A stretch of 63,750 nucleotides of DNA, the filler included, from Craspedostauros australis (Eukaryota), in the NCBI GenBank assembly GCA_030167865.1. It is 8 parts of 8 records of this genome, joined end to end, with 100 filler letters (N's around TTAATTAATTAA, not from the genome) between each part and the next. Parts side by side here need not be neighbours in the genome. Positions count along the whole stretch, not along the records: positions 44,329 to 53,331 come from JALAGF010005278.1; positions 53,432 to 56,496 come from JALAGF010005280.1; 6 more parts are not named here. One strand, given 5' to 3'. Position 1 is the first letter of the stretch; each line of letters opens with the position of its first letter. Below the pieces are notes generated by a model. The model saw only the letters and a list, made by a program, of their open reading frames with translations, searched no databases and was not told the DNA's origin. The translations under genes and the position numbers were made by a program. Below, one piece after another: positions 44,364 to 56,496 of the stretch.

Positions 44364-47300
44364 ACTTGATTCAGTGTAACAGAATAGACAATCAATACAG
44401 TGCTTTGCTCTCCGCACATGTAGTTATACTGCAGTGTAGGTCATGACAATTAGTGATGACGTTCATGAAGCAGTGGCTGTGGCTGAAGCTGACCCTCGGA
44501 TTCCATTGCTTGAGTTGAAGCAAGTTGGATACACATGTTGAGACCACGGTGGTAGTGTGGTGGTCATCAGCATAAAGGAATCGAGGTATGTTGTAGTAAG
44601 GAGGATCTGAAGAGCATATAGTTCCCAAGTGGGATGTGAGTCAGGTCGGTCAGGTTTGAGTCATGATGGATTCGTGAATGGAGGAGAGAAAGGAGGAGAA
44701 AAGATTTGGTGGTCGATCAAGTTGGAAGATTTCGCGCCAAAACAAGAATTTCTCCCATCGGGTTGATACCGTGTTCGGTAATAGTCTGTCCCTCATTGAA
44801 TCTCAACTCTCCCTCTCAGTGTTGGGTCGTGATTGGAGTTGTAGTATCGATGAAAACTTCATCCTTCGTTGTTGTTTGTTGTTGTTGGTTGTTACCAACC
44901 CATGATCTTGAAACGTAGGTATTCGAAGACCACAATGGACAACCCCTTCGTGAAGATGTCTGCGAGTTGTTCCGGCGTGGAGATGTGTTGAATGCAAATG
45001 AAGCCTGCCTTGACCCAGTACCAAAAGAAATGCCACTTGGTTAAGAAGTGTTTGGTTCGCGCGGTCGGCTGATGATTGGTGGCGAGGGAAATGCAGGCTT
45101 GGTTGTCCTCGAAGACAGTGCACTGGAGGTTGGTGTGCAGTGGCATGTCGGTGCCGGCGTTGTTGATCACTTGGCGTATGAGCTGTTGGATGGGAATCAA
45201 TGTTCGCATTGCCAGGGAGAGAGCAGAGTACTCGGACTCCATCGTGGATAATGCGATTTCAGTTTGGAGTTTCGACTTCCAAATGAGAGGGCATCCACCC
45301 AATGTGATGAGGTATCCCGTGCGTGACTTGACCGACACCGGGTCTTTGCTGTCCTCACATTGGTAGAGGCCTGCGAAGTCAGTGTCCACGTAGCACTTGA
45401 GATCGAGTTGCCCTGTAGGGCGAACAATTGTGCCCATGGTTTCCGTGTGCTTGAGATAGCGCATGATGCGCTTGACAGCTTTGGCATGTGAGCGGCGGAG
45501 ATCGTGTCCGAAGCGAGCGACTTGGGAGACTGCGAAGGCGAGGTCGGGGCGAGTGTTCGTTGTGAGGTAGAGCAGCATGCCGACAACAGAGCGGTAGTTC
45601 CATTTCTCGTTCATGGCTGGTTCATCCTTGCACTGTCCGAGTGCGAGTTGGGTAGTTGGTACCGGACATGGACTGCAGTTCGACATCTTTGTTGTCTCAA
45701 GCACCTTTTTGATCAACCCTGGTTGTCGAAGATGGACAGTGTCCGCCTTTGGGTCACGGCAGAGCTCAATCCCCAGGAATTCAGTGAAGCTGCCTTCCCG
45801 GGTAAGCTCGAACCCGAGTTCACGCATTGATGCAATGAAGTCGTCAGCATCCTTCTTGGTCTTGGAGGCGATTCCTGCATCGTCAACGTAGAGAACNNNN
45901 NNNNNNNNNNNNNNNNNNNNNNNNNNNNNNNNNNNNNCGCAGGCTGTGAAGCCGACTGTGATTAGAGCTCGGATGAGGTGCTCGTACCACAGGCGCGGGG
46001 CGATCGTCAATCCGTAGAGACTTTTGCGAAGTCGGAGACAGGTGTTGGGCCCCTTGCTTGACTTGAAGCCGCAAGGAAGGTGAAGATGCACAGGCTTGTG
46101 GATGGAGGCCTGCACGAAGGCATTTGTGAAGTCAATGGATGTAGTTGTCCAACCCATGACAATGGAGGTGCTGAGGAAGATGCGGACGGATGACCAAGCG
46201 ACGACTGGTGCGTAAGTGGAGGCGTCCTCATTCATGAGGTCTCCACGACAACACCAGCGTCCCTTGTGTTTCTTGATGGTTCCGTCGGGAAGGCGCTTAC
46301 GGCGAAAGACCCAGGTTCCTGGGAAGATTCGATCGTTGACGACGTCGGCCTTTTGAATCTCTTCCCATGTTCCCTTTTCCGTGAGTGCCTTGATTTCTTT
46401 TTTGGCTGCTTGCATCCACTCATCCTTGTTGTCGTCGCGAATCGCTTCGTCGAAAGAAAGGGTGTCAGGGTCATTGCTGGATGCTTTGTACGTTGATGAG
46501 CGTTCGGCGATATCCAAATCACCACCCGTTGCGAAGTAGCTCATCATGTGTCCATCAACATATGTTGGGAAGTTTGTTGAGTCCCGTTGTGGCTCGATGA
46601 TCGAGACAGCATAGGCATGTTGTTCGATGTTCGCCCACGCGTGCTCTAGAATGCATGTTGCTGTGTCCAGGATGGACGATGGGTCAACTTCAAGTGTCGA
46701 TCCGATTTTGTCGGAGACACGCGTTGCTGGAGCCACCTTGAGAGGCGCCGTGTTGGTCTCGATCATCCCTTGGACAAACTTCTCGACTTCGAATTCACTT
46801 GGCTGTGGCCATGGCCCTGGACGGATGGTCGTGACTTGGCGACGGAGTAGCTCGAATGCGAGACGATAGCGATGATTCTCAGAGATGGCATTCCACACGG
46901 AGCGAGTTCTTTTGAAGAAGGTGTTACCACTGATTCTGCTTTTGGGAGGAAGAAAGCCTTTCATCATCAAGTATTCCGGATCCTGGTACGACCATGGCTC
47001 TGGTTTGGCCGATGACATGTAGTCGAAGGCATCGAAGCTGGGGTTCATGGTGCCGGTACGAATGAAAGTGCTCAATCTGTTGACGAATTGGCCAACAGCG
47101 TAGTCAGTCGCTTGTCTCCTGAGGTCGTCGCAACGAATCTCGCAGTGAAGATTGACTTCGAAGTGTCTCTCCATGTCCGAGTAGAAGTCCTCGTAGACGT
47201 CTTGGAATGGCGTTGATCCCTCTTCGACCATGTCGTCTGGATCCGGTTGCCACCAATCGGCCATGTTGATGTTGTCTTCTCTTGCTTCAGTCGCCTTTGG

Positions 47301-50300
47301 CGCGAATGTTGGAAGGACGACGATGGTTGGTTGTGGATTCAAAGTGTTGAATCGGAGTCGAAGTCTGCGCAGTAGGTAGTTGGCATCCACCTTGAATTGG
47401 TGTAAGTCAATGGAGAGAGAGTCGCTGCCTTCACGTTGGAGGGGTTCAATTGTGTGCAAGCAATCGACGACAGCTTGTGAGAATGTGATGATTGATGCAG
47501 AATCAGGGTGTAGTTCCCTGGTTGTTGCCTCCTGTTCAATTTCTTCCATGCTAGCCACTGCGGGACAGAAGTAGTAGTCATCGGTATCTTCGTCGTCTAA
47601 CCATGCGGCTTTGCCTCCCATGCGCGCATACGTGAATCGCTTTGGTTGTTTGCGACTTCTCGTGCTTCGAGGTCTTACTGGCGTTGATTCAAGCTTAGGC
47701 GTGGTTGGTGTCGTGGAGCCGGTTTCAGTTGGTGTCGGATCTGAAGGTGGTAATGGAGTTGCCGGTCCCGAGATTGGTGTCTCTCGGAGAGGTGAATCCA
47801 ATTGCGGTTGAAGTGTTCGCTGGTCCGGTGACTCTATAATAGGATCAGGTTCCGGTTGCTCATTAGCAGCTCCCTCTGTCAAAGACATTTGCCTGTTGGC
47901 TCCCTCTGAGACTGGCATTGGAGGGGCGAGAGTATCACTCATGAGACCCGGGATCTGTTGTGTCAGTGGTTGCGACTCTTTCGCCAATACCTGTGGCGCT
48001 CTTTCACGAACGGTTTGTTGGTTTCGCGTCTCGATTGCCGGTGGTGGAATATGGTCGTCGTTGCGTTGTAACCGGTTGTGGTCTCGCGTGTCTGACGCGA
48101 AGATGTCGTCCTGCTCCATTGACTCCACATCGTCGTCGTCGAATGGTTATTGAAAGGTAGTGTCACCAAACATGCGAGTCCATTCTTCTGATTGATAGCT
48201 TGGAAGTTGCTTCAAGTCGGTAGCAATCGTTGCGAACCAGTCATCGAACACAACATGGAACTGAGGTGTGATTGAACCTGTCCGTGGTGATAGGACCAGA
48301 GGTACGGTTGAAGCATGCTTCGTGGAGAGACCCATGTTCACGTATCTTTCTCCTCTTGGTTCCCATCGAGGTATCTTTCATCCGTCGGCCAGTGCTTTGT
48401 TAAGGACATAGACTGGGCTGCCCCATACGTGCAGGTTGTGAAGTTGCTTGAGGGGGAGACGAATGCGTGACAGAACATCGTAAGGTGTGAGACCTGTTGC
48501 GGGGTTAGGTACACGATTGTAGATATACGCGGCATGCACTACGGCCATTGGCCACAGTTGAGCGTCGAACATTGTTGGCCAATGAATGCTTTGATGCATC
48601 ATCATGGTTCGGGCCATTGATACAATTGTTCGAATGCTTCGCTCGGCGATTCCATTGTGATGATGTGCGCCGACACCTGCGAATCGATGGACTTGATGGA
48701 ATATCTCAAGGTGTTTGGAGTATTCGGGTGAGGTGAAGGCAGTTGCGTTATCCGATAGATAGGATCGCACAGGGACTCCCACATCTCGACACATCAGTTC
48801 GAACCGTTCCTTGGCTTCGAGGGTNNNNNNNNNNNNNNNNNNNNNNNNNNNNNNNNNNNNNNNNNNNNNNNNNNTTCGAACCGTTCCTTGGCTTCGAGGG
48901 TAGCGTGCGTGGTTAGCGCTGCTACTGGCTCCACATGAATGTATCCGGAGGCGTGATCAACAAAAATGGCTCCACCTTTGTACATTTCGTTTGGATCGCC
49001 TTTGCCTCGTCCTGAGAAGAGGCGTCCTGGCGTTCGGCCGACGAAGTGGTCCACTGATACTTGTTGTCCTGGGAACAAGTGATCGGTGCGCAAAACTCCT
49101 TGTTTGTCACGAATGACATGTTGAGTTATTCCTGGTGAGGGGCGACGGTGCAACTTTCCGAATTGGCATGCGGCGCAGAGCGGAAGGCTTGTGACCTTTG
49201 CCGCAGCTGTGTGCATCTTTCTAGACGATTCTGACCCAGTGAGTGCACCCGAACGCAGCAGGAACTTCACTCGACTGAAAGATAAATGTCCGAGACGATA
49301 GTGCCACCGAAGAAGTTCCTTTTGCGGTTGGGTGAGGTTTACGTTGTGGTCCGATACGGTAGAGACGATGGACGTTAGTGCAGCTGGCACATCATGGATG
49401 TTGTCGGCGCTGTAGCCGACGGATGTTGGCAGCCTCGTGGATTTCTTGTAGTTCGCTACGATTGCATTGCGATCGTCGCTTCCCAGGATTCCGCTGAGTT
49501 GGCAGGAGGACTTGTCGAACACGATCGTTTCTCCCTGATACTCTTCGAGAAGACTGGAAGTGCTGATTAGCTTGACCTTCGATTCGGGAACATGGAAAGC
49601 AGGCAGTCGCAGTTTGCGAGGGCTTCCAGTTACATCAAGGACGTACCACTCGACAGTTCCCAACGCATTCACTTGGATTTTCTTGAGGAATCCATTGAGA
49701 AAGGTCGGTCTTGGTGGAGGACTTGGAGTAGAGCAGAAATCGTTGAGGTCATTAGTCACAGAAATTGATGCTCCGCTGTCCCATACAAGTTCGAATGGAG
49801 CATCGGGCGAGAGATAACTCTCAGCTTTAGCTGGCGATGCGAATGCATTGCGATTGGAGAAGTAGGAGGCTAGGCCTTGCAAAGTGAGTAGTGCTGGCAT
49901 GTCATTGTCACATTGTTGCTTTTGTTTTCGATCATACATCAAGTCGATTCCGCGAGTTGGGTACAGGCTCCAGAGATTTCGTGAGATGGATGAGGTGCGA
50001 CCTTCCTGGCGGGGCAATTTTGCTGTCGTGAGTGTTTGGTTTTTACCATAAGTGGAATTTTTCGATTGATTCCAGTGACGACATTTTGATCTGTGATTGC
50101 GAGTTTTGGTCCGAGCTTGGGGACGCCACACACGTTTTGTTCGTGGGGAGTTCACCTTCGACGCGTTCACTGGTTTGGGTCCAGTTGGGTCAAGGCTTTC
50201 CATCACGAGGTCGTAGAGACTGCGTTTCACAGCCCCATTGAAGAGTGTAGGACGTTTGTGGACTTGCTTGAACCGTTCTTTGACTCGTGCCTTGTTATAG

Positions 50301-52210
50301 ACTAGGTCAGTAGAGTTGATTGCGTCGGGCCTTCGTGGAACGTTCGCGTGGAGGAGTAGTAGAGTTACGGCGATTAGCATCCAGGCGTTGACTGCCACGA
50401 TGTGCCACCCATACTCTACTCCGATGGTGATGACTTGGAGTGAAGCGAAGAGGAGAACCATCCCAACGATGCTACCGAAGTAGTTGAAGGAGGTGAAGAG
50501 GTTCCAGATGAGGGACCACCAGGTGTCTTCATCTTGGCTGGAGGCGGCTGTGAAGCACGTCCACGCAGCCATGTCGATGGAGAGATTGTCCTGCTTGGGA
50601 ACGTTCTTGCCCTTTGCCTTCGCCTTGAACTTGAAGTTGTCCTGGTGACTCTCGGTATTGTGCGAGAGACGCCAGCGACGGCACTTGGCGCACCACATGA
50701 ACGTTTTGTCGTTGACAAGCTTGCGCTGTGGTTCACTGGGTTTGGGAGCTTTGGACGACCAGCCCTGGCCGACGTTGCGTTTGGCGTCGCGTTCCTTGGG
50801 CTTCTTGGAGTTGTTCCTCTTTCCGTCGTTCTTGGAGAAACCCTTGTGTTGCTCGAGGACGTTGGCGCTTGGATTTTGAATGGCGTTGTTGGCGTACGAG
50901 TACCTGGGCACGTTGCTATCTTTGGTACGCCTGATGGCGTGCCAGCGATTTCCGCGCACTTCGTTTTCGTACGACGACTCGGCCTTGTTACAGATAGCCA
51001 TCCATGTGAGGTCTTTTGCGGCAAGCTGGGGGCGAGCGTGCTCGTATGTGAAGACAGGGAGACGCATGAGGATTTCCTCAAGGTCATCCTTCATCACATA
51101 GAGAGGACGTCGGTACTGTTCACCAGACCGGATCTGTCCTCCCGCCTGGAGGAAGGCATCGAGGATCGTTCGAAGGAGACGGAGGTCGAAGCGACCAGCA
51201 TCGTCGAGGCGCTTGCAGAGGGCACGAAGGTGGACCGCCATGAGACCAACGTTCTCGTTTGGAAAACGTCTGCAGTTGACTTCGCGGATCTTGGCTGCGA
51301 GAGCGTCTTGCTCGTCCAAGGAGTTGGCGGAGTTGCTGTTCATGAACTCAACGAAGAGGGTGATGAAGTTATCGTGGAACTTCGGCTCGATTCGGTTCAT
51401 GAGCTGGTCTTCTAGACTTGGATCAAGGCTGTCGCGGAAGAATACTGCGGCCGTCCAGTTGTTCTGGACGTCGTAGTGATCCCACTTCAGATGGTACTCA
51501 TTGAAGTGCTTGGTAGCGTCTTCGAGAGTGAAAGCGGCTGGAGAGTCAAGCACACAAGTCATCTCTGACTCTGCGTTGCTGTCAGCGATGTACGCCATGG
51601 TGAGGAGTCCAGTTTTGGCCATGTGGTTACGCACCAAGCGNATGAACTGCTGGATGTTGCCTCCCTTCTTGAACTTGTNGGCGAGTCCTTGCTCTNGCTT
51701 GGACTGGTTGGTGGAGTCAGCACCGTTGTGGAGGATTCTCTGTTGTTGAGAGTTGGTCCACCTGGTCTGTGACTCGTCTTGGAGGCCAGTCCACTGCGCG
51801 TTTGGTGCGCCTGCGGTCCAGGGTACCCAGTTGCGTCCTTGCTTGAGGAGACCTCCCATGATGGGAACGGTTGGTTTCCCAGAGAGGTCATCGTCGTCGT
51901 CACTGTCCTCGCCTGACTTTCTGCTCTTCTTGGGCATGGGCGTTTCCATGTCGAAGAGGCTGTCATCGAGGAAGGACTGGTCCGTCCGGGTTCGTGTGGC
52001 GCCGACTGATCGGCTGCGCCCGAGACCGGAGCGGCTTGGTGTCGCAGTGGCTGTTGCTGCTGCTTGGGCAGTGGCTATAGCCGCGTTCGCTGCTTCTGCA
52101 GCGGCTTCGGCCGCCAACGTCGCCTGTGTGAGGCGGGTGTTTTCGACTGTGATCGCTTCGAGCTGTGCTTGCAGCTCTTCCAGCGTGGCAAGGGTTGTCT
52201 CTTCCGCCAT
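44364..52210 (-). mobile_element. CoDi-type (diatom) Ty1/copia retrotransposon: gag-PR-IN-RT-RH, PPT and putative 3' LTR; 5' LTR not in view
   Basis: CCHH knuckle WCAKCRRWRLSHNTESH; protease WDSGAS; WHYRLGH...CAACQFGK; IN SVDHF/SDN/NGIAER; RT YVDD; RNase H TEIALSTMESEY, ADIFTKGL. PPT GAGAGGGAG at 44817-44809. Confidence 0.95.
44892..52210 (-). pseudogene. CoDi gag-pol polyprotein with two in-frame stops (48378-48380 TGA, 48147-48149 TAA)
   Basis: Reading through gives LADG*KIPRWEPRGERYVNMGLS and FQ*PFDDDVES in one frame. The gap at 48825-48874 is an overlap, with the same sequence on both sides. Confidence 0.9.
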
Positions 52211-53807
52211 GATGGATAGCGGGGACTTCTCGAGTAGTCTTCGGACTTCGAGGGGATCGATCTGTTTGCCTTCTCTTGCTCTTGCTCGGCTTCACTTCGT
52301 TAAGAAGGTGCGCACTGAAGTTCGATGCAGGCTTTGAGAGGCTCGTACTCGGTCAGCGAGTGTGGTTATAGCTTGCTTTAGCAGAGGCTACTGAAGTTCG
52401 ACCTTGAGTCGCTTACCTTCAGCTGGGACTTTTGTCCTCTTGAGTGGCTCGGTTTTCGAGCGTTGGGGGTCTAATTTCAAATCAGATGCATGCGATGAGG
52501 ACTTAGTCCTTTGTTGGAAGCTCGGTCTGCGAGCTGTGCCTTTTGGCTTGGTCTCAGAGAGACTCTTGCAATCGGTTGGCAGAGGAAGATGCTCGGTGGA
52601 GTTGATTTGATTAGAGAGTATTTGGCAACCACTCGCAGCTACCAGTTAGGATTCAGGCGTAGTCAGCGCGAATCGGTGGAAGATGTCTCTTGGATCTGCC
52701 AGCTTCGGGATAGCCGTGTGATGCAGTTCAATGTCGAAATTCCCCGTAGTCCCAAAAGTAACGTGCTCCTGTAACGCTCAGGAGTGATCGATCATGCGCT
52801 TGCCACGTTGACGATTGGGGGGTATTTGTTGTTTCTGTACTCTATTTTGGTTCAGTCCCGTACAATCGGGAATTACTGATGTCACACATTTCGACACCCT
52901 CCCTAATTCGCGATTTGTACCCGATGATTGGTTGGTTGGTTGTTGTGCTTGTCCGCCTCTGTGTGTTCTTCTGGGGTCGTTGGGCCTTCAGCTTCTCTCT
53001 TGCACTCTGCTTGAAACCGTTGTCACGTTCCTTTTTTGTATACCGCTGATGCAAGCGGTCGCCCTCCCAGGTCTCGATGTTCCACCTGCGGGTTGCTCTG
53101 CACTTTTTGCTCTCGTTGTATCGTCGTTCATCTTTTTNNNNNNNNNNNNNNNNNNNNNNNNNNNNNNNNNNNNNNNNNNNNNNNNCGGTCTGATTCTTCC
53201 TCAGTCAACTATTTCGCTCTCCCGGGCGTAAGCCACAGGTTTACGTTACCATGTCGAAATTCCCCGTAGTCCCAAAAGTAACGTGCTCCTGTAACGCTCA
53301 GGAGTGATCGATCATGCGCTTGCCACGTTGANNNNNNNNNNNNNNNNNNNNNNNNNNNNNNNNNNNNNNNNNNNNTTAATTAATTAANNNNNNNNNNNNN
53401 NNNNNNNNNNNNNNNNNNNNNNNNNNNNNNNCATGCACTTGTATTCTTGCAGACAGATGCCTTCACATATGTAGTCTCTTTTGGAGGTAGAGTGCCTGTC
53501 CATTTGTTGCTCAATCGTGTGTACTGGTGGTAGTACAGACAATTCGGTCACCGGTCAATGGGGACATGAAGGGAAAATACCAATTTTCAGCAATTTTTCA
53601 GTGACATCATGGTATATTGCAACTGGAGGCATGTCTTAGCCTTGTCCTAACCATGTCCGTAGTATGTCTTGGGAAATCTGCGGATGGGAAAATGCTGACA
53701 TGCAAATCCGCGGAGGGAAAATTGCTGACACGAAAATGTGAACATGTGTCGACGCGCAAAAGCTGGGAAGCGTCGGTGCAAGGAAGCCGATGTGCTGACA
53801 CTGAGAT

Positions 53808-53901
53808 GCACATGTGGAGGTGCAACTGATGAAGTGCGCATGTGGAAGTGCAACTGAAGAAGTGCGCATGTGGAGGTGCAACTGATGAAGCGCGCATGTG
53901 A
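53808..53901. repeat. 28-bp tandem repeat (GCATGTGGAGGTGCAACTGATGAAGTGC) inside a block duplicated at 54316-55012
   Basis: Three units plus a partial here; two units plus a partial in the second copy (~54582-54647). Confidence 0.85.
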
Positions 53902-55863
53902 AGAACAGCTGATGTGAAAAGGATGACATGCGTATGTGCAATTCTGACGTGCAGATGATGACATGCATGCGTTGATCTGTCCGAGCGCTGATGCAGTTGT
54001 GCACTTGCTGACGCGCACATTATGACACNNNNNNNNNNNNNNNNNNNNNNNNNNNNNNNNNNNNNNNNNNNNNNNNNNNNNNNNNNCCGACAAGGCAACC
54101 ACCGAACAACAAGAAGATGTCATCCAGGATGACAAGGCACGAACATCAACGAGAAATTGCGCGCATGAAGCACCAAAATGCGATCCCACCACAAATTGTG
54201 CATGTTTCGTAATTTCGTAGTCGCGGCACCGACAGCACACGAATAATGCATGCGGTCTGCAGTGGNNNNNNNNNNNNNNNNNNNNNNNNNNNNNNNNNNN
54301 NNNNNNNNNNNNNNNATTCGGTCACCGGTCAATGGGGACATGAAGGGAAAATACCAATTTTCAGCAATTTTTCAGTGACATCATGGTATATTGCAACTGG
54401 AGGCATGTCTTAGCCTTGTCCTAACCATGTCCGTAGTATGTCTTGGGAAATCTGCGGATGGGAAAATGCTGACATGCAAATCCGCGGAGGGAAAATTGCT
54501 GACACGAAAATGTGAACATGTGTCGACGCGCAAAAGCTGGGAAGCGTCGGTGCAAGGAAGCCGATGTGCTGACACTGAGATGCACATGTGGAGGTGCAAC
54601 TGATGAAGTGCGCATGTGGAGGTGCAACTGATGAAGTGCGCATGTGAAGAACAGCTGATGTGCAAAAGATGACATGCGTATGTGCAATTCTGACGTGCAG
54701 ATGATGACATGCATGCGTTGATCTGTCCGAGCGCTGATGCAGTTGTGCACTTGCTGACGCGCACATTATGACACACAGGGAAGTGACATGACGACGCTCA
54801 TGTGCACATGCCGAGATGTTCATACCGGTACGCCGACAAGGCAACCACCGAACAACAAGAAGATGTCATCCAGGATGACAAGGCACGAACATCAACGAGA
54901 AATTGCGCGCATGAAGCACCAAAATGCGATCCCACCACAAATTGTGCATGTTTCGTAATTTCGTAGTCGCGGCACCGACAGCACACGAATAATGCATGCG
55001 GTCTGCAGTGGCAGGCAGTGGTCGCACAAGCCGTCCATCAACACGTGCACGCCTCTGTGACGGTCAACAACCTGATGCCTGATGTGGGAATGTGTTTCCC
55101 CGACTACCGGACCTCGCCTCCCTCCGCCTGCGACAAGCCACGAAGAACTTGTTGTTGTGTCATAGATGTATTCGTTGTTCACCCATGCATGTTGTAGAGA
55201 ACGAGTGTGTAGAAAGGCCATGAGTCCGATTTCCCAACCGCGTAGAGTATGTACTGTTGCCACGCCCACGATTGCGTGTCACACCTGCATTTGCGTTGAT
55301 GCGCACACGTCATACAATAGCAGCTTTCTCACACAGGAAGAACGGAAATGACGTTGTCTGCCAAACCACCCCAAAGGATATGAATGACTTGCCGTATGCT
55401 TGTTGCACAACTGACATGGGATACTCTAGACAGCGTTTTACGTGCAGCACCGCCAACACCAACCAGTGTCGTTGCATGACATGATGTCAACGAACGTCAT
55501 ACGAGAGCAACCATCAAAGTGACGAGAGCTGACATCATTTGTGATAGCGACACTGATTGTTCTGCAGAATAGTAGACGTCACCAACCAGCACCCACTTGA
55601 ACCGACATGCATGCAACGATCTTTGAACGGCAATGTTGTCATCCCTGTTCCGTACGCAGCCGAAGATCAGAGCGCCAGAAGGCATTTGTGTAGAATCCTA
55701 CAGCCACATTCGTTCATTCATACTGTGCGATGCTTTCACCATGTCTGCCGCATGCAATTTCCCACAGTAATCTGGTAGGCCACCAAGCTGTTGCGTTGCC
55801 GTAGTGAATGCACAAAGTCTGACGCAGGTATGTTCTCACAAAATAGCAAGGTGTCTACAAATT

Positions 55864-55890
55864 AACAACAACAACAACAACAACAACAAC
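55864..55890 (+). repeat. (AAC)9 microsatellite abutting an ATG
   Basis: Read directly from the sequence. Confidence 0.95.
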
Positions 55891-56410
55891 ATGGCCAGAC
55901 CGTGGAAGCGCACGGCACCCGAGGTTGTGGAGCTAAAACGCATGATTGCCGCAGGTGACATTCCAAAAAAATGGTCTCCTGCCTTCGTCTATGACAAGTT
56001 CGAACAACTTCACGTTTTCAACCGCAATAACTTTTCCCGGAACTACAAAAACTTGTGGGTGTCGCACATGGAGGAGGTGAAGGAAGCAGGTACGTGTTTG
56101 TGTCGACATTGGCTGGTGGCATTGATGTGCTGTGTATGCCCTTTCATCTTTTCGCTCACACAGTTGCACAGAAGACACGAAGGCAAAGAACACACCAGGT
56201 GTAAAAGAGTACATAAAACACAAAGAGTACCTTAAATCCGAAGTCGGCTGGGCTGTCTCTGTTCCCCCGTCCCACTTTCTCAAAACTGCTTCTCAATCCA
56301 ACATTGCGTCTCCCTCCACCAATCCAACAGCAACTCTCCAATCAACAGAACACCCAATGACTCCACCACGTCCGAATCAAGCAAGGATGCGTGCGACAAG
56401 AACCAACGAG
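55891..56410 (+). CDS. Spliced gene with a small helical (Myb/HTH-like) N-terminal domain, possibly a transposon accessory protein; intron 56090-56171, second donor at 56411 interrupted by an insertion
   Basis: MARPWKRTAPEVVELKRMIAAGDIP...PAFVY...F.RNNFSRNYKNL. A phase-1 GTACGT...CACAG intron joins the 56132 frame, which ends at GAG|GTAAG. Confidence 0.55.
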
Positions 56411-56415
56411 GTAAG

Positions 56416-56496
56416 TGTCGAGATGTACATGTGAGTATATGTCGAGATGTACGTGTATATGTGCATCGTTCACCCGTTATTCTCTCATACGCACTT
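56416..56496 (+). mobile_element. Third copy of the TGTCGAGATGTAC terminus, running into the contig end
   Basis: 81 bp matching 38005-38085 with three mismatches and a third distinct flank (GAGGTAAG|TGTCGA). Confidence 0.92.

Noticed and set aside
48147..48380. Programmed frameshift or readthrough in CoDi pol
   Set aside because: Both breaks are in-frame stops within or just after integrase and fit single-base nonsense mutations.
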